From: an uncultured Chloroflexia bacterium
GTDB lineage: Bacteria > Chloroflexota > Anaerolineae > JAAYZQ01
NCBI GenBank assembly: GCA_963700285.1
Contig: CAVOXA010000022.1
Coordinates: 1-64,000, forward strand
Reading direction: 5' to 3'
DNA: 64,000 nt
A program made the translations under genes and the position numbers. The notes under the pieces were generated by a model, which made no database searches, was not told where the DNA came from, and was given only the letters and a program-made list of their open reading frames with translations. Below, piece by piece: positions 42,101 to 50,924 of this stretch; the first letter of the stretch is position 1, and every line of letters starts with the position of its first letter.

Positions 42101-42766
42101 CTAGAAGGTATCCTCCAACGTGATGAGACCTTTTCGAAGCCCGACCATGACGGCTTCGGTCCGTGAACCTACGCCCATCTTGTTAAAGACGTTGCTGAGG
42201 TGCGTTTGGACGGTACGCACGCTGATGGACAGTTCCCGGGCAATGACCCGGTTCGACATCCCCCTGGCGGCCAGGCCCAGGACCTCCAGCTCTCTTTCGG
42301 TGATCTGCTCCAGCCCGTTCTTGGCGCCGGATCCGGGGTCGCTGGATGCGAAACGATTGATGACCTTGCGGGTGATGGCCGGATGCAGTACCGATTCACC
42401 GGCGTGTACGGCCCGGATGGCCTCGACGAGCTTGTCCACGCTGATGTCCTTTAGGAGATAGCCGGCGGCGCCGGCCTCGAGGAAGGCAAAGATGTATTGC
42501 TCGCTGTCATGGGCGGTGAGTACCAGGATGGCGATGCCGGGGGCGACGGCCTTGATGTGCCGGGTGGCCTCGATGCCGTTCAGCTTGGGCATCGCAAAGT
42601 CCATGATGACCACGTCGGGACGCTCTTTGAGGGCCAGTTGGACGGCTTCCTGGCCATCGCTGGCTTCCGCCACGACCTCCAGATCCTCCTGCTGATCCAG
42701 CAGTTCCCGCGTGCCTTGGCGCACGACGGCATGGTCTTCAGCCAGCAGGATTCGAATCGTCTGCAC
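42101..42766 (-). CDS. NarL/LuxR family response regulator
   Basis: EDHAVVRQG, MDFAMP, GYLLK, ITERELEVL...SVRTVQTHLSNVFNKMGV. Confidence 0.95.
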   Translation of the reverse strand: MQTIRILLAEDHAVVRQGTRELLDQQEDLEVVAEASDGQEAVQLALKERPDVVIMDFAMPKLNGIEATRHIKAVAPGIAILVLTAHDSEQYIFAFLEAGAAGYLLKDISVDKLVEAIRAVHAGESVLHPAITRKVINRFASSDPGSGAKNGLEQITERELEVLGLAARGMSNRVIARELSISVRTVQTHLSNVFNKMGVGSRTEAVMVGLRKGLITLEDTF

Positions 42767-42862
42767 AGTGATCTCCTCAGGACGCTATTATATCACCGGC
42801 CTGTTGTATGCACAAACCGGGGACGCGAACCGCACCTTGTGTGCTGGCACGCCTACGCCAAA

Positions 42863-42884
42863 ACACGTAGAGGACTCTACGTGT
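42863..42884. promoter_or_regulatory. Perfect 10-bp inverted repeat in the divergent RR/folD2 intergenic region
   Basis: ACACGTAGAG-GA-CTCTACGTGT. Confidence 0.55.
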
Positions 42885-43061
42885 CTTGGGAAGTCCAGGT
42901 GCCGCAGAACACGCAGATGCAGGGTAGGCATCCACGCCCTTTTTCGTAGGGATAAGTTCCAAGGACGAAATGGTTGCTTTAGCCGATGACAGCGCAGCGA
43001 CCCTGTGGTAAGATGTGGACAGTTGAGAAGAAAACGAACTCATGCACAAGGAGCATATGAA

Positions 43062-44033
43062 ATGACAGCAAAGATTCTGGATGGCAGCGCGGTATCGAAG
43101 CAGATTTTGGCAGAGATCAAGGATCAAACCTCCGTTTTTCAAGCGGAATGGAAAGCGGCCCCGACCCTGGCCCTGATGCGTGTAGGCGATGACCCGGCTT
43201 CGGTGAGCTATGCCGGTATGATCGAGCGCACCTGCAATCAGGTCGGCATGGTCTTCCAAAGCCATACCCTGCCCTCGGACGCTACCGAGGACGAGGCGGT
43301 ACGGCTGATGCGCAAGCTGAACGACGACGAAAACGTGCACGGCATCATCCTGCAGCAGCCGTTGCCCGAAAGCATACACGCCGAGGCCGTCGTTGAGGCC
43401 ATGGACCCGGCCAAGGACGTGGACGGCGCTCACCCGCTGAACGCCGGCCGGCTGGCCCGCGCAGCCTTTGTCGACAGCCCGCAGAACGTCGGCCCCTACT
43501 TTGTCCCGGCCACGCCATTGGGCGGCCTGGAACTGCTGAAGCGCTACGCCATCCCGGTCGATGGCCAGCGAGCCGTGATCGTCGGCGCCAGCAACCTGAT
43601 CGGCAAGCCGATGTCGCTTCTGCTGACCCGCCACTGGGCGACGGTGACGGTCTGCGACCTGCACACCAAGCCCCTGGCCGAGATCACCCGGCAGGCCGAC
43701 ATCCTGGTGAGCGTCACCGGAGTGGCCCACCTGATCACGGCTGACATGATCAAGCCCGGCGCGACGGTGCTGGACTTTGGCTTCGCTCGCCTGGAAGGCA
43801 AGTGGGTTGGCGACGTGGACGCGGAATCCGCCAAGGAGATCGCCGGGGGCATCAGCCCTGTGCCAGGCGGCACCGGCCCCATGACCAACGCCATGCTCAT
43901 GCGCAACACGCTGACAGCAGCGGAGCGCCAGGTACGCCTGGGTGTCAAGGTCGCGAGCCGTGTCTCTGCGGCGAGCCTGACCCCGGTGGGAATGGGTGAC
44001 AGGCAGCGGCCCGCCGACAGCATCATGCAGTAA
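43062..44033 (+). CDS. folD: Methylene-THF dehydrogenase FolD, paralog 2
   Basis: AAGGAG RBS; ILDGS, KDVDG, VGASNLIGKP, CDLHT, GDVD, SPVPGGTGPMT. Confidence 0.92.
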   Translation: MTAKILDGSAVSKQILAEIKDQTSVFQAEWKAAPTLALMRVGDDPASVSYAGMIERTCNQVGMVFQSHTLPSDATEDEAVRLMRKLNDDENVHGIILQQPLPESIHAEAVVEAMDPAKDVDGAHPLNAGRLARAAFVDSPQNVGPYFVPATPLGGLELLKRYAIPVDGQRAVIVGASNLIGKPMSLLLTRHWATVTVCDLHTKPLAEITRQADILVSVTGVAHLITADMIKPGATVLDFGFARLEGKWVGDVDAESAKEIAGGISPVPGGTGPMTNAMLMRNTLTAAERQVRLGVKVASRVSAASLTPVGMGDRQRPADSIMQ

Positions 44034-44075
44034 GATGGACTCGGCCGCGATAGGGCGGCAGAGGGTTGCGAGCAC

Positions 44076-44108
44076 AAGGGACGGCCAAAGGCCGTCCCTT
44101 TTTTCATT
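44076..44108 (+). terminator. Rho-independent terminator after folD2
   Basis: AAGGGACGGCC-AAA-GGCCGTCCCTT followed by TTTTCATT. Confidence 0.8.
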
Positions 44109-44231
44109 GGTTCTGGAGGATGCGCAGCGCCCCGCGAGCCACAACTGGCTGCGGGCCACGTCCCGTCTCCCGCTCAGGAACGCCTGGGGATGAACAGCCT
44201 GGACCCTTGTGCCGCCACGCCCCACATGGCT

Positions 44232-44858
44232 CTAGAGTCTGCTCACGACATCGTCATAGATGTCGTCGCGCATGACGCCTCTGCCCTCGAGCAGGGCGTT
44301 CAGTTTGGCCCGGCGGTCGGCGACAAAGTCCTGGTCTTTGAGTGTGCCCAGGTTGATGAGCACGTTGAGGGCCGCGCTGCGCAGCGCGGCTTCGGCCATC
44401 AGAACGGCCACGCCCGCGTCGCTGACGGCCCACTTGTTCCCCATGTCGGCGGCGGGCTGGCAGAGGTCCATCACCTCGGCCGCCGCTGCGGCGATGCTGA
44501 GGGGCACGTCGGTGGCGACCCGGAGCGCGGCCTGCATTGCCACTGCGCGCTCGGCCTTTTCGGCGTCGGTATCCCGCGGCATCTTGGCGGCCTGCGAGTA
44601 GCCGGTGTAGGCTTGTACGTCCGCTTCCAACAGGCCGGTCAGTTTGGCGCGCAGGGCCTCGGACTGGGCGAGCAGGTCGCCAATCTCATCCTGGACGCCG
44701 GCGTAGGCTTGCTTGCCCAAGGTCAGGTTGCAGACCATGCTGACCAGCGCCGCTCCCAGGGCGCCGCTGATGGCCGCAACGCTGCCCCCTCCCGGGGCTG
44801 GGGCGCTGCTTGCCAGTTCGTCGAGAAAGTTGGCCACCGGTTTGTCTGTGAGTTTCAT
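44232..44858 (-). CDS. fchA: Methenyl-THF cyclohydrolase (FTCD_C / FchA family)
   Basis: FLDELASSAPAPGGGSVAA, SMVCNLT, GNKWAVSDAGVA, NVLINL. Confidence 0.88.
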   Translation of the reverse strand: MKLTDKPVANFLDELASSAPAPGGGSVAAISGALGAALVSMVCNLTLGKQAYAGVQDEIGDLLAQSEALRAKLTGLLEADVQAYTGYSQAAKMPRDTDAEKAERAVAMQAALRVATDVPLSIAAAAAEVMDLCQPAADMGNKWAVSDAGVAVLMAEAALRSAALNVLINLGTLKDQDFVADRRAKLNALLEGRGVMRDDIYDDVVSRL

Positions 44859-44884
44859 GTTGTGTAGCATCCTCCTTGAAAGGT

Positions 44885-45963
44885 TTGAGGCGGACTCCAG
44901 TCCGCCGGTTTCTGTGCGCCAGAGTGCTGGACTGTGGTCCAGCACGAGCAACCACCTATCCTCTGCTCGGCGTGGACCACAGTCCACGCCCAGTCGCCAG
45001 GGTGCTGGACTGTGGTCCAGCACAAGCAACTACCTATCCTCTGCTCGGCGTGGACCACAGTCCACGCCCAGTCGTCAGGGTGCTGGACTGTGGTCCAGCA
45101 CGAGCAACTACATCCAGTCGCGACACAGTGGAGCACATCCTCTGCTCGGCGTGGACCACAGTCCAGCACCAGCAACTACCTATCCTCTGCTCGGCGTGGA
45201 CCACAGTCCACGCCCAGTCGCCAGGGTGCTGGACTGTGGTCCAGCACGAGCAACTACCTATCCTGCTCGGCGTGGACCACAGTCCAGCACAAGCAACTAC
45301 CTATCCTCTGCTCGGCGTGGACCACAGTCCACGCCCAGTCGTCAGGGTGCTGGACTGTGGTCCAGCACGAGCAACTACCTATCCTCTGCTCGGCGTGGAC
45401 CACAGTCCACGCCCAGTCGCTCGGCGTGGACCACGGTCCAGCACAAGCAACTACCTATCCTCTGCTCGGCGTGGACCACAGTCCACGCCCAGTCGCCAGG
45501 GTGCTGGACTGTGGTCCAGCACGAGCAACTACCTATCCTCTGCTCGGCGTGGACCACAGTCCAGCACCAGACTACCATCGGTCGGCTGGACTATAGTCCA
45601 GCACGAGCAACTACCTATCCTCTGCTCGGCGTGGACCACAGTCCACGCCCAGTCGCCAGGGTGCTGGACTGTGGTCCAGCACAAGCAACTACCTATCCTC
45701 TGCTCGGCGTGGACCACAGTCCAGCACAAGCACTACCTATCTCTGCTCGGCGTGGAACGTCCACGCCCAGTCTCGTCTGGACGTCCAGCACAAGCGACTA
45801 CCTTTCTGCCGGCGTGACCGTAGCACAAGCAACTACCTATCCTCTGCTCGGCGTGGACCACAGTCCACGCCCAGTCGCCAGGGTGCTGGACTGTGGTCCA
45901 GCACGAGCAATTTGCATGAATACTGCTTGACAATCCCTGCTTGAGGCGGACCACCGTCCGCCG
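44885..45963. repeat. Left REP/BIME-like tandem array (about 14 units of 78 or 45 bp)
   Basis: Unit GTGCTGGAC-TGTG-GTCCAGCAC / GAGCAACTACCTATCCTCTGCTC / GGCGTGGAC-CACA-GTCCACGCC / CAGTCGCCAGG; bounded by TTGAGGCGGAC-N4-GTCCGCCG at about 44885 and 45941. Confidence 0.95.
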
Positions 45964-46524
45964 CTAACCCATCAATGCGCGAGCGTCCTGGATGGGAATG
46001 ATACACTGCCCATCTCCCAAGTAGAAGCGAGCAGACGACCAGGCATACTCCTCAGGCGCGTCAACCAAGTGCCACGCAGGCTGCAGCGGATTGTTGTGAA
46101 TGTACGTCAGTTTTTGGCTGAGGAACCCGGCTGTCGCAACACTCTTGGGCAAGTAGCCATCCTCCCATACCTTGTGCATCTGCTTGTCCGGACGAGTGAC
46201 CAATGAGGTCAGAATACTGAGTGCTTTGTGGTTGTTCTCAACCTGATAGTAGCGGACAATCAGTTGGGCAGAACTGGTCTTGAAAGCTCGGGCCCAATCT
46301 GCAGGTGGACAGTCGGGTGGGCAGCGAATGATGGCGTGTACGTGATTGGGCATTACAACAAACGCATACAGGTCGACGTGGTTCATCAGACTGACAAAGT
46401 ACAGAGCATCGACGAGCTGGCGCTTGACGATGTCGCGGTGGAAGATTTGTGTACGGTCAGCAGCAGTCGTCGTGACAAAGTACAGATGGTCGGGATCAAA
46501 GTCTGGGCGCCATCGTGTTGTCAC
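45964..46524 (-). mobile_element. REP-associated tyrosine (Y1 HUH) transposase, RAYT/TnpA-REP
   Basis: LYFVTT, AFVVMPNHVH (HUH), VWEDGY, KLTYIHNNP (catalytic Tyr), EEYAWSSARFY; flanked by REP arrays. Confidence 0.92.
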
Positions 46525-46599
46525 GTTTACCCCACCCGGAAGTCTTCTGACCAGTATCCTGCCAGAGTCAGATAACGGTTCGTCGCTTGTATGCCCTAT

Positions 46600-47580
46600 G
46601 TGCTGGACTGTGGTCCAGCACGAGCAACTACCTATCCTCTGCTCGGCGTGGACCACAGTCCAGCGCCCAGTCGTCAGGGTGCTGGACTGTGGTCCAGCAC
46701 GAGCAACTACCTATCCTCTGCTCGGCGTGGACCACAGTCCACGCCCAGTCGCCAGGGTGCTGGACTGTGGTCCAGCACGAGCAACTACCTATCCTCTGCT
46801 CGGCGTGGACCACAGTCGACGCCCAGTTGCCAGGGTGCTGGACTGTGGTCCAGCACGAGCAACTACCTATCCTCTGCTCGGCGTGGACCACAGTCCACGC
46901 CCAGTCGCCAGGGTGCTGGACTGTGGTCCAGCACGAGCAACTACCTATCCTCTGCTCGGCGTGGACCACAGTCCACGCCCAGTCGCCAGGGTGCTGGACT
47001 GTGGTCCAGCACGAGCAACTACCTATCCTCTGCTCGGCGTGGACCACAGTCCAGCCAGTCACCACGGGTGCTGGACTGTGGTCCAGCACGAGCAACTACC
47101 TATCCTCTGCTCGGCGTGGACCACAGTCCAGCACGAGCAACTACCTATCCTCTGCTCGGCGTGGACCACAGTCCAGCACAAGCAACTACCTATCCTCTGC
47201 TCGGCGTGGACCACAGTCCACGCCCAGTCGCCAGGGTGCTGGACTGTGGTCCAGCACGAGCAACTACCTATCCTCTGCTCGGCGTGGACCACAGTCCACG
47301 CCCAGTCGCCAGGGTGCTGGACTGTGGTCCAGCACGAGCAACTACCTATCCTCTGCTCGGCGTGGACCACAGTCCACGCCCAGTCGCCAGGGTGCTGGAC
47401 TGTGGTCCAGCACGAGCAAGAACTATCCTCTGCTCGGCGTGGACCACAGTCCAGCACAAGCAACTACCTATCCTCGCCGTGTGGGCGCCGGTTTGTGCGT
47501 GTCAGGGTGCTGGACTGTGGTCCAGCACGAGCAACTACGTATCCTCTGCTCGGCGTGGACCACAGTCCAGTACGAGCAGT
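46600..47580. repeat. Right REP/BIME-like tandem array (about 14 units), same orientation as the left array
   Basis: Unit starts at 46679, 46757, 46835, 46913 and 46991 (78-bp period); 45-bp hybrid units around 47100-47190. Confidence 0.95.
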
Positions 47581-47593
47581 TGTTGGAATCCTG

Positions 47594-49081
47594 TCACGCT
47601 GGAAGCAGTCCTTTGCTCTGCAGCAGCCCGATGGCATCGGTGGAGTGCTTGTCCATACCCAGGGTCTTGGCATCAATGCCATAGGCGACGCCCATCAGTT
47701 GGGTAAAGTAGGTGATGGGAATGTCAAACTGGCCGCCAAACTGCTCGTTGATCTGCTTTTGGCGTAGGTCCAGGTTGGCGTGGCACAGGGGACAGGCCGT
47801 GGTGATAAGGTCCGCCCCTTCGTCGATGGCGTTCTTTAGGATCTTTTGGCTCAGGTCCAGGGCAATCTCCAGGGTGCTGAGCGACAGCGATCCACCACAG
47901 CAGTCGGTCTTGTAGGACCAATCCACCACCTCGGCGCCCATGGCCTCCATCAGGTGGTCCATGTTCATGGGATACTCGGGGTTGTCGGCGCCGGTTACGG
48001 CGGGCGGCCGGGTGAGCAGGCAGCCATAGTAGCTGGCCACCTTGAGGCCCTGCAGGGGTTTGACCACCGGCTCCGCGGCCGCTTTGATGCCGACGCGGTC
48101 GGTGACGGTCGTCAGCAGGCTGTCCACCTTGATGCCGCCTGTATAGTCAAAGCCGATATCGTCCGCCAGTTTCTGCCGAAGCGCGGGGTCGTTTTCGACC
48201 TCGTGCATGGCCACACGGAACCGGGAAAAGCAGGCGGCGCAAGGCATGGTCATATAGTCGTGGCCCAGGTCCTCGGCGATGGCCAGGGTCTGCATGGGCA
48301 GTTTGATGGCCCGGTAGTGGTTGGTGTTGTGGGCCGGCGAGGTACCGCAACAAACCCAGCCCTCGGGCTCGACCAGGTTCAGACCCAGTCGTTTGGTCAC
48401 GGCCATGGTGGACATGTGGAACTCGATGCCGGTGGCATGCAGGCTGCAGCCGGGATAGTAGGACACGACCTTGTCCTTGATCTCTCCGGTTCCTGCTTCC
48501 GTGCCGACGGGTGCCGTATGCGCGCCCGCCGGGTCCTTGGCCGATCGCCCGTTGCGCGATCGCCGGGCGATGCTGGGCAGGATCTTGAGCTTGCCCGCAC
48601 GGAGCATCCTGACGGCCAGCGGGATGTCGTACTTGAAGAGCTGGCCGAAATCCAGCTCACCGGCAAAGAACTCGCGGGCGTAAAGCTCGGCCATCAGACC
48701 CAGCTCCCACATGCGGCCGAACCAGTCGATGCCCCGGTTGGCCGATTTGTAGAACATGGGCACGGTAGGCGCCTTGGCCTTGATGCCCTGCTCCTTGGCC
48801 ATGATCTCCAGCACGTCCATGATGCGGGCGATGTCAATGTCCTGCGGGCAGCGGGTAGAGCAGGTCTCGCAGGCGGCGCAGAGAGAAATGGTCCGCGAAT
48901 TGAGCACCAGGTCGGTCTGCCCGAACTGGGCGGCTCGCAGAACCTGGTGGGGTGTCAGGTCAAAGAAGGCCGCCACCGGGCAGCCAGCAGTACACTTTTT
49001 GCATTGGTAGCACAAAAAGACATTCTCGCCGGAACGGTTGCGGATCTCGTGGGCGAGGTTTGTCTCGAGCGTAATTGTCAT
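47594..49081 (-). CDS. Fused HdrC-HdrB (heterodisulfide reductase-like FeS/CCG protein)
   Basis: CYQCKKCTAGCP, CAACETCSTRCP, YYPGCSL, WVCCG, YYGCLLTRP, CCGGS, ACPLC. Confidence 0.9.
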   Translation of the reverse strand: MTITLETNLAHEIRNRSGENVFLCYQCKKCTAGCPVAAFFDLTPHQVLRAAQFGQTDLVLNSRTISLCAACETCSTRCPQDIDIARIMDVLEIMAKEQGIKAKAPTVPMFYKSANRGIDWFGRMWELGLMAELYAREFFAGELDFGQLFKYDIPLAVRMLRAGKLKILPSIARRSRNGRSAKDPAGAHTAPVGTEAGTGEIKDKVVSYYPGCSLHATGIEFHMSTMAVTKRLGLNLVEPEGWVCCGTSPAHNTNHYRAIKLPMQTLAIAEDLGHDYMTMPCAACFSRFRVAMHEVENDPALRQKLADDIGFDYTGGIKVDSLLTTVTDRVGIKAAAEPVVKPLQGLKVASYYGCLLTRPPAVTGADNPEYPMNMDHLMEAMGAEVVDWSYKTDCCGGSLSLSTLEIALDLSQKILKNAIDEGADLITTACPLCHANLDLRQKQINEQFGGQFDIPITYFTQLMGVAYGIDAKTLGMDKHSTDAIGLLQSKGLLPA

Positions 49082-49177
49082 CAGCCAGCTCCTCAACAGA
49101 ATACAATCCGAAAAAGCTCTGCCCCCAAGACCCTGTTCACCGGGTACCGGGGGGCGCAAGCGACTCTTCGGACAGAC

Positions 49178-50209
49178 TTAGGCAGATTGCCGTGATGGAT
49201 CGTACTTGGGTCCGATCTGGGTTGCCTTGACGATGCGGTCCACGGCCGATTCCCATTCGATGGCCATAATGTGGACGCCGGCCACGCCTTCGATCTCTTT
49301 GCAGGCGTTTATGACCTCAACACAGATGCCAATGCCTTCGGATTCGGCGGCCTCTGTGCGCAGGCGGCGGGCCTCCTTGGCCTCGTTGGGATCGTCCATG
49401 GCCTTGATCTCGTTCAGGGAGGGCAGGCCCTGGGTCGAGTTTCTCATGCGCTCGATATACTCTGGATCTACCTCCATGCCAGGCACCTTGGTGGCCATGT
49501 ACCTCGCGCCGCCCAGGCTCCTGATGGGCGCAACGCCGGCCAGAATGTAGATCTTTTCATGCAAGCCCAGATCTACCACCCGGCGCATATATTCCGCGAA
49601 CTTGGGTACGTTAAAAATGATCTGCGTCTGGATAAAGTCGGCGCCGGCGCGGGCTTTTTTTCCCAGGCGGTAGGGACGGAAGTCAAAGGGGTCGGCAAAG
49701 GGGTTGGCCGCCGCGCCCAGGAAAAATCGGGGCTCCTGTCCCTTGATGGCATCGCCGCACTGAAAGATCCGCTTGTCGCGCATGTCCCGGCACATCTGGA
49801 GCATCGAGATCGAGTCCAGGTCGTGCACGTTCTTGGAATTGGGGTGATTGCCAAAGGTCTGGTGGTCGCCGGTGAGGCACAGCAGGTTGCGCGCCCCCAG
49901 GGCATAGGCCCCCAGCAGATCGCTCTGGATGGCGATGCGGTTGCGGTCGCGGGCGGTCATTTGGACATTGGGCTCGATGCCCATCTCCATGAGCATGACC
50001 GCGACCGAGATGGAGGACATGCGTACCACCGCTGTCTGGTTGTCGGTGATGTTGACCGACTCGACGATGCCCTTCAGAAACCCGGCCTTGTGCGCGATCT
50101 CCTGGCGGTCGGCGCTCTGCGGTGGTCCGAGTTCTCCCGTGGCCACAAAGTATCCGGCTTTGAGGGCCTTTTCGAGATTGCTGCCTACGATGTATCCATT
50201 GTCGCTCAT
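49178..50209 (-). CDS. metF: Methylene-THF reductase, MetF subunit
   Basis: ELGPP, NITDNQTAVVRMSS, RDRNRIAIQSDLLG, LTGDH, GADFIQTQ, GVHIMAIEWE. Confidence 0.93.
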   Translation of the reverse strand: MSDNGYIVGSNLEKALKAGYFVATGELGPPQSADRQEIAHKAGFLKGIVESVNITDNQTAVVRMSSISVAVMLMEMGIEPNVQMTARDRNRIAIQSDLLGAYALGARNLLCLTGDHQTFGNHPNSKNVHDLDSISMLQMCRDMRDKRIFQCGDAIKGQEPRFFLGAAANPFADPFDFRPYRLGKKARAGADFIQTQIIFNVPKFAEYMRRVVDLGLHEKIYILAGVAPIRSLGGARYMATKVPGMEVDPEYIERMRNSTQGLPSLNEIKAMDDPNEAKEARRLRTEAAESEGIGICVEVINACKEIEGVAGVHIMAIEWESAVDRIVKATQIGPKYDPSRQSA

Positions 50210-50880
50210 AGCCGTAGATCCTCCCGCACGATTTTGCGCTGTCCGCCATCGCGGCTGGTGTGCCATTGCTTGGCCGGTTCGACCTCCATCAGCCTGTCCA
50301 GTTGGCCCAGTTCCTCCATGCGGTGGTAGATCTGGTCCCAGACACAGGGCGTCTCCTTTTCGGCATAGACCTCGCAGATGCCGCGCTGGGAGCCGCCGCA
50401 GGGCCCGTTGAGCAGGCTCTTGGCGCAGCGGGCAATGGGGCACAGGCCGCCTGTTTGGTCCAGGATACAGTCGCCGCAGGTCTGGCAGCGCTCTTCCCAG
50501 ACGCCCTGCTCGACAGGCTGGCTGAGACCATTGGTGTTCAAGCCGGGCACCGTCAGTTTCTCGGGAAACTGCTCGTTCATGGTCTGAACGCCGATGCCGC
50601 AGGCCAGCGAGACGACGAGATCGGCATCCCGCACATAGTCAGCCGCCAGATCGTTGTACTCGTACTCGCACTGGCGCTGGACCGTGAATTCGGTGACCTC
50701 TTTTTCGTCCCCGTCCAGCCGCGTGGCCATCCTGAGCTGTGAGGCCAGGATGGACGCTTCTTTTTCGCCACCGGCGAAACAGACGGTGACACAGGTGCCG
50801 CAGCCGAGAACGAGTACCTTCTCAGCGCCAGCTAGCATGCCCTTGATCTCTTCAAGGGGTTTTTGTTCGGCTACTATCAT
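50206..50880 (-). CDS. metV: Methylene-THF reductase FeS subunit MetV
   Basis: GCGTCVTVC, RQCE, LACGIG, CQTCGDC, CPIARCAKSLLNGPCGG; ATGA overlap with metF. Confidence 0.92.
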   Translation of the reverse strand: MIVAEQKPLEEIKGMLAGAEKVLVLGCGTCVTVCFAGGEKEASILASQLRMATRLDGDEKEVTEFTVQRQCEYEYNDLAADYVRDADLVVSLACGIGVQTMNEQFPEKLTVPGLNTNGLSQPVEQGVWEERCQTCGDCILDQTGGLCPIARCAKSLLNGPCGGSQRGICEVYAEKETPCVWDQIYHRMEELGQLDRLMEVEPAKQWHTSRDGGQRKIVREDLRL

Positions 50881-50924
50881 TCTTCATCCTCCGAAAAGTA
50901 TACGAATGGATGTGCCCATGCTGC

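Noticed and set aside
44885-47580. CRISPR array
   Set aside because: The units are near-identical tandem copies without unique spacers, there are no cas genes, and the adjacent RAYT explains them.
44713-47767. Long repetitive ORFs in several frames
   Set aside because: They arise because the 78- and 45-bp units are multiples of 3 and stop-free; no RBS or protein signature.
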